The notes beneath the pieces are model-generated. The model made no database searches. It was not told the DNA's origin and saw nothing but the letters and a program-made list of their open reading frames with translations. From the NCBI GenBank assembly GCA_973895155.1, contig OZ316898.1, positions 15,158,330 to 15,222,329 of the forward strand: DNA of 64,000 nt. The letters run 5' to 3'. Below, piece by piece: positions 1 to 11,398 of this stretch. The DNA is from Marsupella aquatica (lineage: Eukaryota > Plantae > Marchantiophyta). The position numbers and the translations under genes were made by a program. Every line of letters begins with the position of its first letter. The stretch's first letter is position 1.

Positions 1-700
1 TGCAGGGGGCGGTGCTGCTGCTGCTGCTCTGCTCTCCAACAATGCCCCCCTCCTTATTCGTCCCTACACAAAAAAAGATCTAATGTGAACAGGAAGACAT
101 CGTGGTTATTGTCTCCAACCTGCAGAGCAATTCAAGACGTGTATACAGCAAGGGAATTGGGGGCAGATCCAATCTAGACCTTGGAGGGGTTGGTTGGCGA
201 TGTAGGGGGCGGTGCTGCTGCTGCTGCTATGCTCTCCAACATTGCCCCCCTCCTTCGTCGCTACAAGAAAAAATTGAATGGTGACTTGAAAGACATCATG
301 GTTCTCGTCTCCAACCTGCAAAGCAATTCAAGACACGAAAATAGCAAGGGAATTGGGGGCAGATCCAATCCAGACCTTGGAGGGGTTGGTTGGCGCTGCA
401 GGGGGCGGTGCTGCTGCTAGTGCTGGGATCTCGAGGGATGCCCCCCTCCTTCGTCGCTACAAGAAAAAAAATGAATGGTGACTTGAAAGACATCATGGTT
501 CTCGTCTCCAACCTGCAAAGCAATTCAAGACACGGAAATAGCAAGGGAATTGGGGGCAGATCTATTCCAGACCTTGGAGGGCTTGGTTGGCGCTACACAG
601 TAGACCTGGAGTTCTGCTGGTGCTGGACTGTCTGGGATGTCCAGGGATACACCCATTCCTCCCTACAATGAAACAAATGCACAACAAACTTAAAAGACAA
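1..700. repeat. ~197-bp tandem repeat, ~3.5 copies; each unit is an exon plus intron on the - strand
   Basis: tg(c/t)agggggcggtgctgctgc at 1, 201 and 397; gcaagggaattgggggcagatc occurs three times. Confidence 0.9.
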
Positions 701-2349
701 GAAGGATCACATCTTCAACGTGCAAAGCAATTCTAGATGTAGGCTAACCAAAGTAATTGGGGCCCAAAGAGGTCAGAAAATGAGTTCCATACGTCGGTGG
801 GAGGCTCCAACACATGTGCATTCTGTTGAAAGCTGAGGGGGATCTCTGGATGGATAGGAACTTGAATGCCTCTTCACATAGACAGTCCTCAATAGGAGCT
901 GGTACCTCCTCCATCCCTTGGGCTTCTTGCTGTGGTTGGTCCTCTGGTGTGTTTTCTGGTACCTCCTCCTCCCCTTGGGCTTCTTGCTGTGGTTGTTCCT
1001 CTGGTGTGTTCTCTGGTACCTCCTCCTCCCCTATCTCTTCTTGTTGTGGTTGTTCCTCTGGTGGGTTCTCTGCTACCTCGTCCTCCCCTTGGGCTTCTTG
1101 CTGTGCTTGGACCTCTGCTGGCTCGTCATCCCCATGAACTGATTCATGAGGTCCATCCTCTTCATCCCCCGCCATTGTTTCTTCCGGGTCTTCCGCTGCT
1201 GCACCAGTTATAGCAGGTTCCTGTGGTTCTTCCTTGGGTCCCTCTTCATCACTTTCCTCACACAGCAAACCCCACTTTGCAGGGCCAATCTCATAATCAC
1301 TCTCATCAGAGGTGTCCTGCCACACCTCTGAGACTCCAGCCTACACAATAACACAGCACTATGAATCTCACATGGCACAGGCATACATTACAAAACAAAT
1401 AATTCATGGAGCCTAGACTTACCGCCTCCCGAGCACTTCGAACTGTCATGCCCCTCCTCTTGTATTCTTGGATGAGATTTGTAGTAGACTTTGCAAGCGT
1501 TGTGGGCTTCTGGTCTCGCTTCCATTCCCTGTAGTCAGCAGCAGCAGCTTCGAAATCTACTAGCTTGGGCGCAATCTTCCACTTCAGCAGTGCCCTTTTC
1601 TGCTTCAAGTATTCCACTGCCTGACCAATGAGGTTCTCCCGAACCTCCTCAATGTGCAGAAGATGGGGAGGTTGCACCTCCACATGCAGCTGAGGGAAAA
1701 AACATTGTAGCATGGCACTGTCCATTTTTAAAGCTACCAGTTTTTTATCCCTTGGCAGCACAATGGGCATCTGTTTGATAAGCTCAATCCATCCAAACAC
1801 AATAGGAGAAGTGCCAGCAGACTCCAAAAATTCCAACAACATCTCAAACATAGAATCATCTAGCAAACAGGACCAACCCTGGTTGCACATGGGATGAATG
1901 TGTGCAACTTTGATAACCCGAACGAGAAGCGTTTTTGTTGGGACAGTGGGCTCCTCTCCAATAACCAGATATTTCTTCTTCAGCATAGCTTTCCTCCTAG
2001 ACTTGGATTGCTTCCATCGCAGCTGAATGGTAGACCTCAGGCGCGTCCATGTTGCTTCATTAGGCTCCTTCACAGCAGCAATCCGACCCGGCTTGCGGTT
2101 CTTGTCTACACGAGCTGAGAGTTCAAATCTTGAAGCCAACCAAGGCAGGCCCGGCTCCAACAGTGCAGCTGGCAACTGCAGGTTGTGGGCAATATACATA
2201 TGGGTCTGGAATGCCTTGAAAGATGGATAGGAGCGGGGCTTATGGGTCCCAACTATGCAAAACCAGTTGTGTTTGCCCTTGCCATCAACATGGTGACGGA
2301 AGTGGACATCTTCCTTGGCTATGGAGTAATTAGTGCCCTGTGGCGCCAT
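1..2349 (-). CDS. Multi-exon gene of unknown function, probably transposon-associated: Zn-finger-like N-terminus, acidic E/Q/P repeats, tandem-duplicated small exons; runs off the window start
   Basis: ORF 2349-1423 ends at a GTAAG donor and splices in phase 0 to an acceptor at 1340 that enters the acidic ORF (EEQPQQEAQGEEEVPENTP repeats). Downstream open phase-0 exons lie at 662-573, 456-376, 260-180 and 63-<1. The join between ~900 and 662 is not resolved. Confidence 0.5.
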
Positions 2350-4224
2350 AGCAACTGTGAAGACTACAAAGCAGCCTTGGTTGGGCTCAAGATCTCACCC
2401 AACCCTCGTCTGTGCTCTTCAATTGCCACTCCACACCTAGAATGACACGCAGGAAATTAAAAAGACATACCAACATACATAGGAAATATAGCAGCATCAA
2501 AAGCTCCAAATAAAACTTCACCCTACACAAAGAGTGACCTAGCAGATGATGATAATCACACGGAACAGGGGAAGAAACCAGGCGTCAAGTTTTATTTTCC
2601 AGGTGCGCGCTTCTTAGAGTATGATAATTGAGAGTCCCGATTCCCGCACGGGAGGTGAAGTGAACTACAGAAGCCATGAACTGCAAAAGTCGTCATTGCA
2701 AAAATTCGGTTTACATCAAACTGGGGGCAGATCATGGAATGTTTGCAATGCCTGTGCATAGAGAGTGCTTGTAAAACTAAGAATTCTCTGCCAACAATTG
2801 ACTAATGATTAAACCAAATCTAGTAGCAAACAAAACGAGACAGTGCGAGTAGAACTAAGATTTATTTTAGAGAGCTTTAGAAAATGCTTTGACCTAGTTG
2901 CGAACAACTTGAAGGAGACAGACGAAGATTCAGGAACTTTTACAAAATCATTCAACCTGGGGGACTGTCGTTGCAAACGAATTGACGGGTTGAAAGAGCA
3001 CTTTTAAAGACTGAGTGAGAGAAAAAGAGAGAACAACGAGAAGCAACTATCATGCACCAACACTACAGCAAGAGGTAACGCGAATTTCCGGCCTCCCGAT
3101 GGCCGCCTGAGATCAATGTAATAGTCCAATTCTTCCTCACCTGCCTCTCTTCCAAAACCCTCTTTTGTCTCCCACCAACAAACACTACCGATATCTCTAC
3201 AGGACATTAGTTCATTCTCGTCTGCTACGTCTTTCGACTATTCTTCAACTACCAAAAATAAAGCAATGCAAGCCAAACTTAAGTATAGGAGAACGTCCAA
3301 CCTTCAGCCTGCCTACCTCGTTGCTTCAAAGCAAAACGCCCTTGAATCTCTCGTGCATCGATGAATCCTGTACGGGACCCCTGGGAGTTGGAATGGTTGC
3401 AACCTCACAGAGTCACAGGGTCACATTTGGCTCTCGCGAAACCTCAAACCTCAAAGAGCGGTTCTGACAGCTCGCTGCGGTTCTTTGCCACAGCACTGAG
3501 GGGGTCAAACAGCAATGCAAGTTTGCGCAAATAATTTATAGAGGCCAATCTATAGTCATCACCAGTGAAAACGGGGCTACATTCATTTCTGGTACTCTGA
3601 AATGATAATGTTTGGACCATCGGCAATCAGATTGACTCAATGCAACAAGACAAAACTTACAGACACATTGGGTAGCCAGTTTGAGAGGTGGGGAACGTCG
3701 TCCAGGTGGGGAACGTCGCATTTAGTGGCTGCTGCTCTGCAACCAGATTGGACCCCGCGCTTTGCTTATGCCCATGCTCCCAACAAAAAATGCAACGTGC
3801 TGCAACAGTCTTCTCCTACCGAACCCGACCATCAACAAACCCGATCATCAACAAGCAGCGACATCCACAAAAGTCGAGCATCGATTGAACCCGAGCACCC
3901 GCCCGAGCATGGCCAGCAGATCAACAAAACCCAAGAGCTTCTCTTCTCTCCAAACAACATAGACCGACGATTGTCAGGGTTTAGCGGTAGGGAACCCTAA
4001 ACCCCCCAAAACAACCGAATACATAATATAATATGTATTCAAATGTAAACCCGCCCACACCGTATTTACAACCGTGGTGTTGACTGCATTGGACACTCAG
4101 TTGGGATCACGGTAACTACGGCGCGGACCACGGAGGACTGGACACGACCACGCAGTGTACGACGTTAAGTTACGTTGTGGTAAACTGCAGAGTTTGGCCC
4201 TCACAAGAACAGTGAGTACAAATC

Positions 4225-4314
4225 ATTAAGAGGGGGCCCATTGGGTAAAACAAGTTCCATAGGGGCCCATCAGGTAAGAAAGGTTCCGTAGAGGGCCCAT
4301 CAAGCATATACCTC
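4225..4314. repeat. Three ~30-bp GGGCCCAT sub-repeats ending GCATATACCTC; possible Mutator-like TIR end of the element carrying the 1-2349 gene
   Basis: gggcccattgggtaa, ggggcccatcaggtaa and gagggcccatcaag, followed by an abrupt composition change. No partner TIR is in the window. Confidence 0.3.
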
Positions 4315-4399
4315 TGAAAGAAAGTATCGGGGAGGAGAAAGAGGAGAAAATAGTAAAATAAATTTATTTTTATTTCAAAAAATATGTATTCATTTTTGA

Positions 4400-4860
4400 A
4401 ATGGAAAACACCAGGCCATAGATCTCCTCAAGATCTTTCATTTGTGCCCTAGACTGCCTATTTATGTGGACAAAAAATATTTTTATTAGCCAAAAACACT
4501 CAATGGTATAGATTTCAGTAGAGATAGAATCACCGGCCAGGAATGCTTGGATTTGTTTTATTTCTCATTTGAAAACTGTTCAACCATTTTCAAAACGGAA
4601 AACACCCATCCGTAGATCTCATTGAGATCTTTCATCTGAGCCATAGATCACCTACTGAAGTGGACGGATGAGATTCACGGAGATGATAAGGGCAGACGGC
4701 TTAGATCTCCTCTTCCCCCCAAAATTCGAAATTTGAATTCGACCAATCATATTTCACCGTTTGTTTTTTCATATTTTCTCACAAAATATTAAATCTTTTT
4801 GTCTCATTTTTTTGTGAGACGTAGATCTCACTGAGATCTACGTTTTGAGCCATAGATCGG
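4400..4860. repeat. Diverged ~200-bp repeats with an AGATCTC-n3-(A/G)AGATCT palindrome, MITE/DNA-transposon-like
   Basis: tagatctcctcaagatctttca ~4419, tagatctcattgagatctttca ~4613, tagatctcactgagatctacg ~4823. Confidence 0.5.
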
Positions 4861-5030
4861 ATCGGATGGCATAGGATGGGCGCAGCAGTAAGTAAAAATC
4901 GAATGGCTCAGGAGAGGCACAGCTGCGCTTCCTGATGAAGGGTCACTTGATGCACGTATTAATGAGGACTCCGGGTTACCCGAAGTCCTTTGTAGTAGAA
5001 TTTGCAGTTTAAACCCTTTCTTCTCCGTTT

Positions 5031-5213
5031 ACCTCTCTTCCTTTGACCTCTGAGTGGGGAGAAGACGATCAGAGAGGGAGATGCCCGGTTTGAAGTGACA
5101 GGAAACTTGTGGAGTTACCCTGCACCTCTCTTCCTTTGACCTCTGAGTGGGGAGAAGACGATCAGAGAGGGAGATGCCCGGTTTGAAGTGACGGGCAACT
5201 TGTGGAGTTACCC
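5031..5213. repeat. 93-bp tandem duplication
   Basis: acctctcttcctttgacctctgagtggggagaagacg...ttgtggagttaccc starts at 5031 and 5124. Confidence 0.9.
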
Positions 5214-8200
5214 GACACATAAACTTGGCATTTTGCCGGACGAAAAAGCCTCTATTTGACGCATATTCGCACTTATTCCCAGGCCCGGCCCGAACTCTTC
5301 CCAACCTCCTCCCGGACCATGTCGCCCTTCCCCTCCCGGCACCCGGCCCGGCCTGCCCCGTCCTGGCCCCGGCTTAACCATAGAATTGCACCCGGCCCCT
5401 CACCCGGACCCAGCCTTGCCCCGCTCCCGGCCTCCTCCCTGCCAGCCCGGCCCCTCCCCTCTGTCGGCCCGGCCCGGCCTCCTCCTCTTCCTCTCTGCCG
5501 GCCCTCGTCCCCTCCTCCTGAACCCCCCTCCTCCCAATTGCGGTGTAGAAAAGGGTTTCTACTAATGTTCTAGCGACCCTCTATAACACTTCACATTTCA
5601 TATTAATTTATATATATATTCAAATCACATATTAGCATTCACTTAGTTTTCATCTTTCATACTCATCATTTAACAAGGTTTTCTCATCTTTTTGTTTCAA
5701 TCAAGGTCCAAGGATTGCTTCTTTCTCTTGTATTTTTATGTTAATTTGGCCTAGTCCATGTTTTAGCCATATATTATTTAAAATTTAGTCATTTTTGGCA
5801 GCCCCCTTAACTTTTTAAATTTCCTTAGTTTTTATTAGGTCCCCTACATTTTTTTTAACATTTGAGGGGCATATTTCCTTACCTGCAACTTGGTTAGACC
5901 CTTCAACCAAGCAACTAGTACATTATTCACTGATGAGTGCACCTTATATGCCATTGGTCATAGAATTTATTGGTCATAGAATTTACATTGTTCATGGTTT
6001 ATTGATGAATAGGTGTCACTTACATAAAGAGCCCCACATAGAGCAAAAAAAATTTAAAAAACACAAAGTTAAGTAATTCTCTTCTCTGTGAATCATAAAG
6101 TGTTCTACTTATACAAGTACATTAATTATTACAATACCTTGAAATTAATGCACATGTAGTATTGTACTTTTCTCACTTTTAAAAAGGTATGCAATTTTTT
6201 CATTAACTTTTTTATAATCATTCTTTCAATACTTATTTTTCATAAACTAGGGTTAAAAATAAAATGTCTCCTCGTTTCAATTCTTTCATATAAGTCAAAA
6301 TAGGTATGTCGTACGATGAACATGCTATATTAATAAAACTTCGTCGCCTTATGCAAAGCTTCACAGGCTACTAATTAACATTCCACCTTTGATCTCTGCT
6401 GCCGATTCCTTACCCTGCTATTTCACTTCTTTGAGTCCGAACATCACTTTTCCCGTTTCAGCTTTTCAGCACACGATAGTCATTTCTTTCTTTCCTTCTT
6501 CTGAAAAACTTCATCATCGATTCATTGAAATTCGATTAAATCTGAAGGCCGGGGCAATCTTCTCGATGCATATTTGCAAACCTTAGCCCGAGGCGCTTCT
6601 TCCTTTCACTCCGTTTCAGTCAAAAATCTGACTGCATTCATGATAGCAGTCCGCTCTAGTCCTCGCTCTTTCCTTTTCAAGCATTCGTTCGCCTCGTTCC
6701 AAGTTTTCAATCTCCTTCATACCTGATCGACTTCCTTCTCTCGATTTCTTCACTTTTCATGCTCACACTATTGTTTACCGTCCTGTATACTTTCTTTCCT
6801 TAGATCTCCTTTCAACAATGCCATGAGGAATTCCAATCCTTCACCACTCTTCGCCTCAGCAGACAACGTCACTCTGCCTCCCAGCATCTCCCCTTCCCTT
6901 GGATCTTCCCTTCAAACTCCTGTCACGACACTATGCCTTTCCACTCTCTAGAACTCCCGATTGTTTTTCAGAACTCAAGTTCAATTCATGCTCGAACGTA
7001 CACACCAAACTTAAGTCTCAGGTTTCTTTTCCAGATTGCACTATAGCCCTCTTATCAAGAAAAACGCCCGCTTCTTCTTTTTCTCTCTGAACTCCATCGC
7101 GTGTGCAGCATTCCCATAGTCTAATTCGGGATCAAACCTCTTTCTCTTATCACCACAGAATAATATAACTCCATTGTTCACAGAATATCCTAGCTCTCTC
7201 ACCGAAAAATTCACACAGTATTCACGGGAACATCCACTCTCTTCTTTTCAGTCAAAGTAGTTCAAAGCTCCATCGCCTTCAACTTTTCAGTACTCAAGTT
7301 CCTCCATCGGCATTTACTTCCATTCACCCGGATCCTATCAACACCTTTTTTCAGCAACACCCAAAAAAAACAATCTTCCCCAATAAAACAACAACGAGCG
7401 TTCTCCTGTGACCAGATCCCTAGAGCCAGGCAAGACTGGCTAAACCTGCGAGTCCAGGACTTTACCTCGATATCAGCCTACAATAGTGAACTCTTTAGAA
7501 TAACCTCAACCCTCGCACTATGTGGCGAGCCAGTTACGGACAAGGATCTGCTAGAGAAGACCTTGTCGACATTTCATTCATCGAATGTGTGGCTATCAAC
7601 ACAGTATCGAAACATGAAGTTCGGGCAATACTCCGAGCTCATAGCCCACCTCCTAGTCACCGAAAGAAACCAAGAACTTCTTTTCGTAAACTCTAGAAAA
7701 CGACCTGCTGGCACAATGCCCTCAGGACAACAGAATGAAACCCATAACATAGAAAATGAAGAACCCTCCACATCGAGGCAAGACATTAAACGCACTAAGA
7801 ATAGCAAACGGAGAAACACCCACAACAGGGGGAGTTTCTATAACCAACGTCCACAATATAACTCCCAACGGACCTTTAGAGGACATGGAGGACGTGGCGG
7901 ACGCGGAGGACGCGACGGTGGTAGAACATATAACAACAACCGTAGAAACGATTGGTCACAATCCCGACAACAACATGAACGACCGAAATGCCATGAGTGT
8001 TGCATGACAAACCACCTAGCGAGAAACTGTAGAATCCCACAACACCTTAGAGATCTATACCAACGGTCCATCCAGGATGGACAAACCTCTAGGCCACCAC
8101 TCCGTGAAACCCACGGGGCGTTCATGGAGTCTAGTGACCCATTCCAAGACTTTTCAGACCTACCTGTCCAACCCGAGGCACACTTAGTGGCAAGTAGCTC

Positions 8201-9681
8201 CACTACACCAGATTTAAATAGTCCAAGCACATGTATTATCGACAGTGCGACCACGCATACTATCCTCAGGGATAGGCACCTTTTCCACAAGATTACACCC
8301 TCATGTAGATCCCTGACCACTATAAATGGCCCTAGCCAAATAGAAGAAGGCTTCGGCCCAGCTTCCATTAGACTACCGCAGGGTACAGCGATTCACATAG
8401 AATCTGCCATTTTCGCCCCGAACGCAACCCGTAATCTCCTCAGTTTTAGAGATATACGAGCAAATGGACTACATGTCCAGACGGGCGACACAAGAGACCA
8501 GGAAGTGATACACTTGGTTGAAAATACCCCTACGGGGAAAATCATTAAAGAAACACTTTTCTTGTATCCTTGCGGGTTTTATGTAACTCATATTGAATAC
8601 CTGCATAACAATGCCAACACAAGCGAATTGCATGCGCTTTGGCATGCACGCCTCGGCCACCCCGGCCAATCAATGCTAACCAAAATCATTAAGAATTCAA
8701 GAGGCATTCCAATCAATACACGCCACATTCCAGCGAGCACCCCATGCACTGCATGCTCACGCGGCAAACTAATAACAAGGCCCACGGCATCAAAATTGCC
8801 AACTAAAATACCCCAATTTTTGGAAATCATCCATGCAGATGTTTGCGGGCCAATTAACCCTCCGAGCGGACCTTTCCGCTACTTTATGGTATTAATCGAC
8901 GCATCAACTAAATGGTCAAATGTGACACTGCTTTCAACGAGGAACATGGTTATGCCTCGCATTTTGGCGCAAATCTTGCGCGTGAAGGCACAATTCCCAG
9001 ATCACCCCATAAAGACATTAAGGGTGGACAATGCAGGGGAATTCACATCCGAAACATTTGACGACTTTTGCACATCACTTGGTATCGACGTACAATATCC
9101 TGTACCTCACGTGCATTTTCAGAATGGATTAGCTGAAGCGGTCATTAAACACCTTCAGTTAATTGCACGCCCATTACTAATGCAGTCAAAACTCCCTGTC
9201 TCAGCATGGGGACACGCCATATTACAGGCCAATGCATTAATCCAATACCGCCCATCAGCTTTTAATACCTATAGCCCATACCAAATTGCTAATGGTATTA
9301 AACCTGACCTATCACATCTTCGTTCATTTGGATGTCAAGTAATGGTCCCCATTACCCCACCCAAATGAACCAAGATAGGACCCCAACGACAGTTGGGGAT
9401 ATACATTGGATTCGACTCACCGTCCATAATCCGATATATGGAGCCTACAACTGGCGATGTTTTTAAAGCCAGATTTCTAGATTGTCATTTTGATGAACAC
9501 ATTTACCCACCATTAATAACCCCTGAACACCCACAACCACCTTTGGAGTGGAAAAGACACTCGCCATTTTGGCAAGACCTTAGAACGAATCAAGGGGAGA
9601 AAGAAGTTCAACGAATTTTGCAACTCCACAAGATTGTGGAAGAACTTCCTGACGCTTTCGTTGACACATCACAACTTACCC

Positions 9682-11398
9682 TGTCGTATAGCCAAAAGAA
9701 CAAAAAGGAACACTTTTTACATAAAGACTCGGAATACGATCCCTTTAAGAACAGATTTGGAAAGAATTGAATGAATTTATCTCTCTGAGTAATCTAAAGC
9801 TCTCAGCACATAGATTTCTTGTTTCTCACTAAAAGATCAAATAAACAAAACACCAAAGTAAAATAAACTTCTGTCTTATGAGTCAAGAGAGAGTCAATTA
9901 TGGTCTGAAAACTCTGATTAGCTATTGCCACTCCTTCAAAAAGGACTATGGTCTTAGAATAGACATAAAACAAGTCGCATGACTCACTAATTTCTCTCCT
10001 GACTAAATAAAATTGCATGATAAGGAATTTCCAATTTGCTAAACAAGTATTGCTCTGGTTACAAATGTAATGATATGACTTAAGATGCCGGCAACATAGT
10101 TTGACATCAGCGATACGCAATTCCGTCAAACACTAAATCATATTCCATAAACAAAGTAACGGTACTGAATACTCTGAGAACCAAACTTTACTTCTCACAT
10201 ATCAAACAACAACTCTTGAATTAGCTAGCGAATCTTGACCCTTCAAGCAAGCCTAGCAGTGAATTCAATGTAAGTCACAGAAGTTTGTAACTGAATTCAA
10301 GTATCAAGAAATTTCTTGAATTCATAAATTCAAACATAAGTTTTACTTCCATACAAGACTTTTCTTGTTAAAATGGAAGGAGGGAAACTAACAGAAGTCT
10401 GATTGGAATTGTCCCCCCTCTTCCGAATGGAAAAAACATGAGGTTTTATAAGTAAAGGTTCCCTTAACTGAAAAGGCATGACTTTTCAAACCTCATATAT
10501 CTAAAAGACAATCCTAAAAGAAATAAAGAAATACATTGGAGACTTAGTGGACGCTTTGTAGAGCGTCGGTGCTTTCCGGTAAAACTAATAAACAGTGGTG
10601 TTAATCTAATTTTAACTTCTAAACTAAAAGTCGGAATGAGCTGAGACTTTTCTAGAGTACTCTACTACACATAATCTCTATGCTGGTAAAGTTTCAGACT
10701 TCTCTGAGGTCTCTAAGTGCCTCAAATAAATCGGTGAAAGTGGCATGGTGTTATAAAAGTGCGGAAATCAGAAATATTTCTAAGTGTCGGGAAGATAGTG
10801 GACGCTTCAGAAAGCGTCCAAACCCACAAAGGACTTTTGTGGACGCTTCAGAAAGCGTCGGCTAAATTTTGAGGTTTGGTCGCGGCGTCCGTCTTCCGGC
10901 CTTCAGGTGGGACGCTTCAGAAAGCGGCGAAGTCTGTCTTGGCGGACGCTTCAGAAAGCGTCGATTCTGCTTTGTCTTCGAACATGGTTGGACGCTTCAC
11001 AAGGCGTCACTTCTCATGTGGACGCTTCAAAAAGCGTCTCATCGGACTTTGGGGTTAGCGGACGCTTCAGAAAGCGTCTTAAAGCGTCCGGTGTCTGGTT
11101 CGAATAGACATTTCACGAAGCGTCTTCTGTTCCGTGGTATCGGTGAAGGACGGCTCAAAAAGCGTCGTGGTTAAGGGGGTCGCATCTGGTTGGCAGCAAC
11201 CATGGACGCCTCAGCTGTCTTGAGGTTTATTGGCTTTGTAACTGGGGACGCTTCAGAAAGCGTCCTTAGTTAGACTAAGTGAGTTAACCGCCAAATGGAA
11301 AGTAGACGCTTCAGAAAGCGTCGTTTTTGCTCAAAAAGTTTGAAACGATTCAGATTTTTCTCTTATGGTCGTGTTTCAGCAAAAGTCTCCTTTCCACA
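9682..11398 (-). mobile_element. Solo LTR (1717 bp) of another LTR family inserted into the Copia pol
   Basis: Starts TGTCG, ends CCACA, flanked by the 5-bp TSD TACCC (9677-9681 and 11399-11403). Removing it restores the Copia frame QLT-RSHIPAA. Orientation is guessed from a TATA-like motif near 10450. Confidence 0.85.
10549..11322. repeat. ~12 dispersed copies of the hairpin motif GGACGCTTCAGAAAGCGTC inside the solo LTR
   Basis: GACGCTT-caga-AAGCGTC and variants near 10549, 10800, 10841, 10910, 10944, 10990, 11020, 11060, 11147, 11246 and 11304. Confidence 0.9.

Noticed and set aside
814-1213. Hydrophobic and Cys/Ser-rich + strand ORFs
   Set aside because: They are antisense shadows of the acidic repeat exon.
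6300-7410. 5' LTR and leader of the first Copia
   Set aside because: No copy of the 13779 LTR start and no PBS were found; the region is left unassigned.
10680-11174. ORFs with repeated GRFRKR/DASES/TLQKAS
   Set aside because: They are translations of the non-coding LTR hairpin motif.
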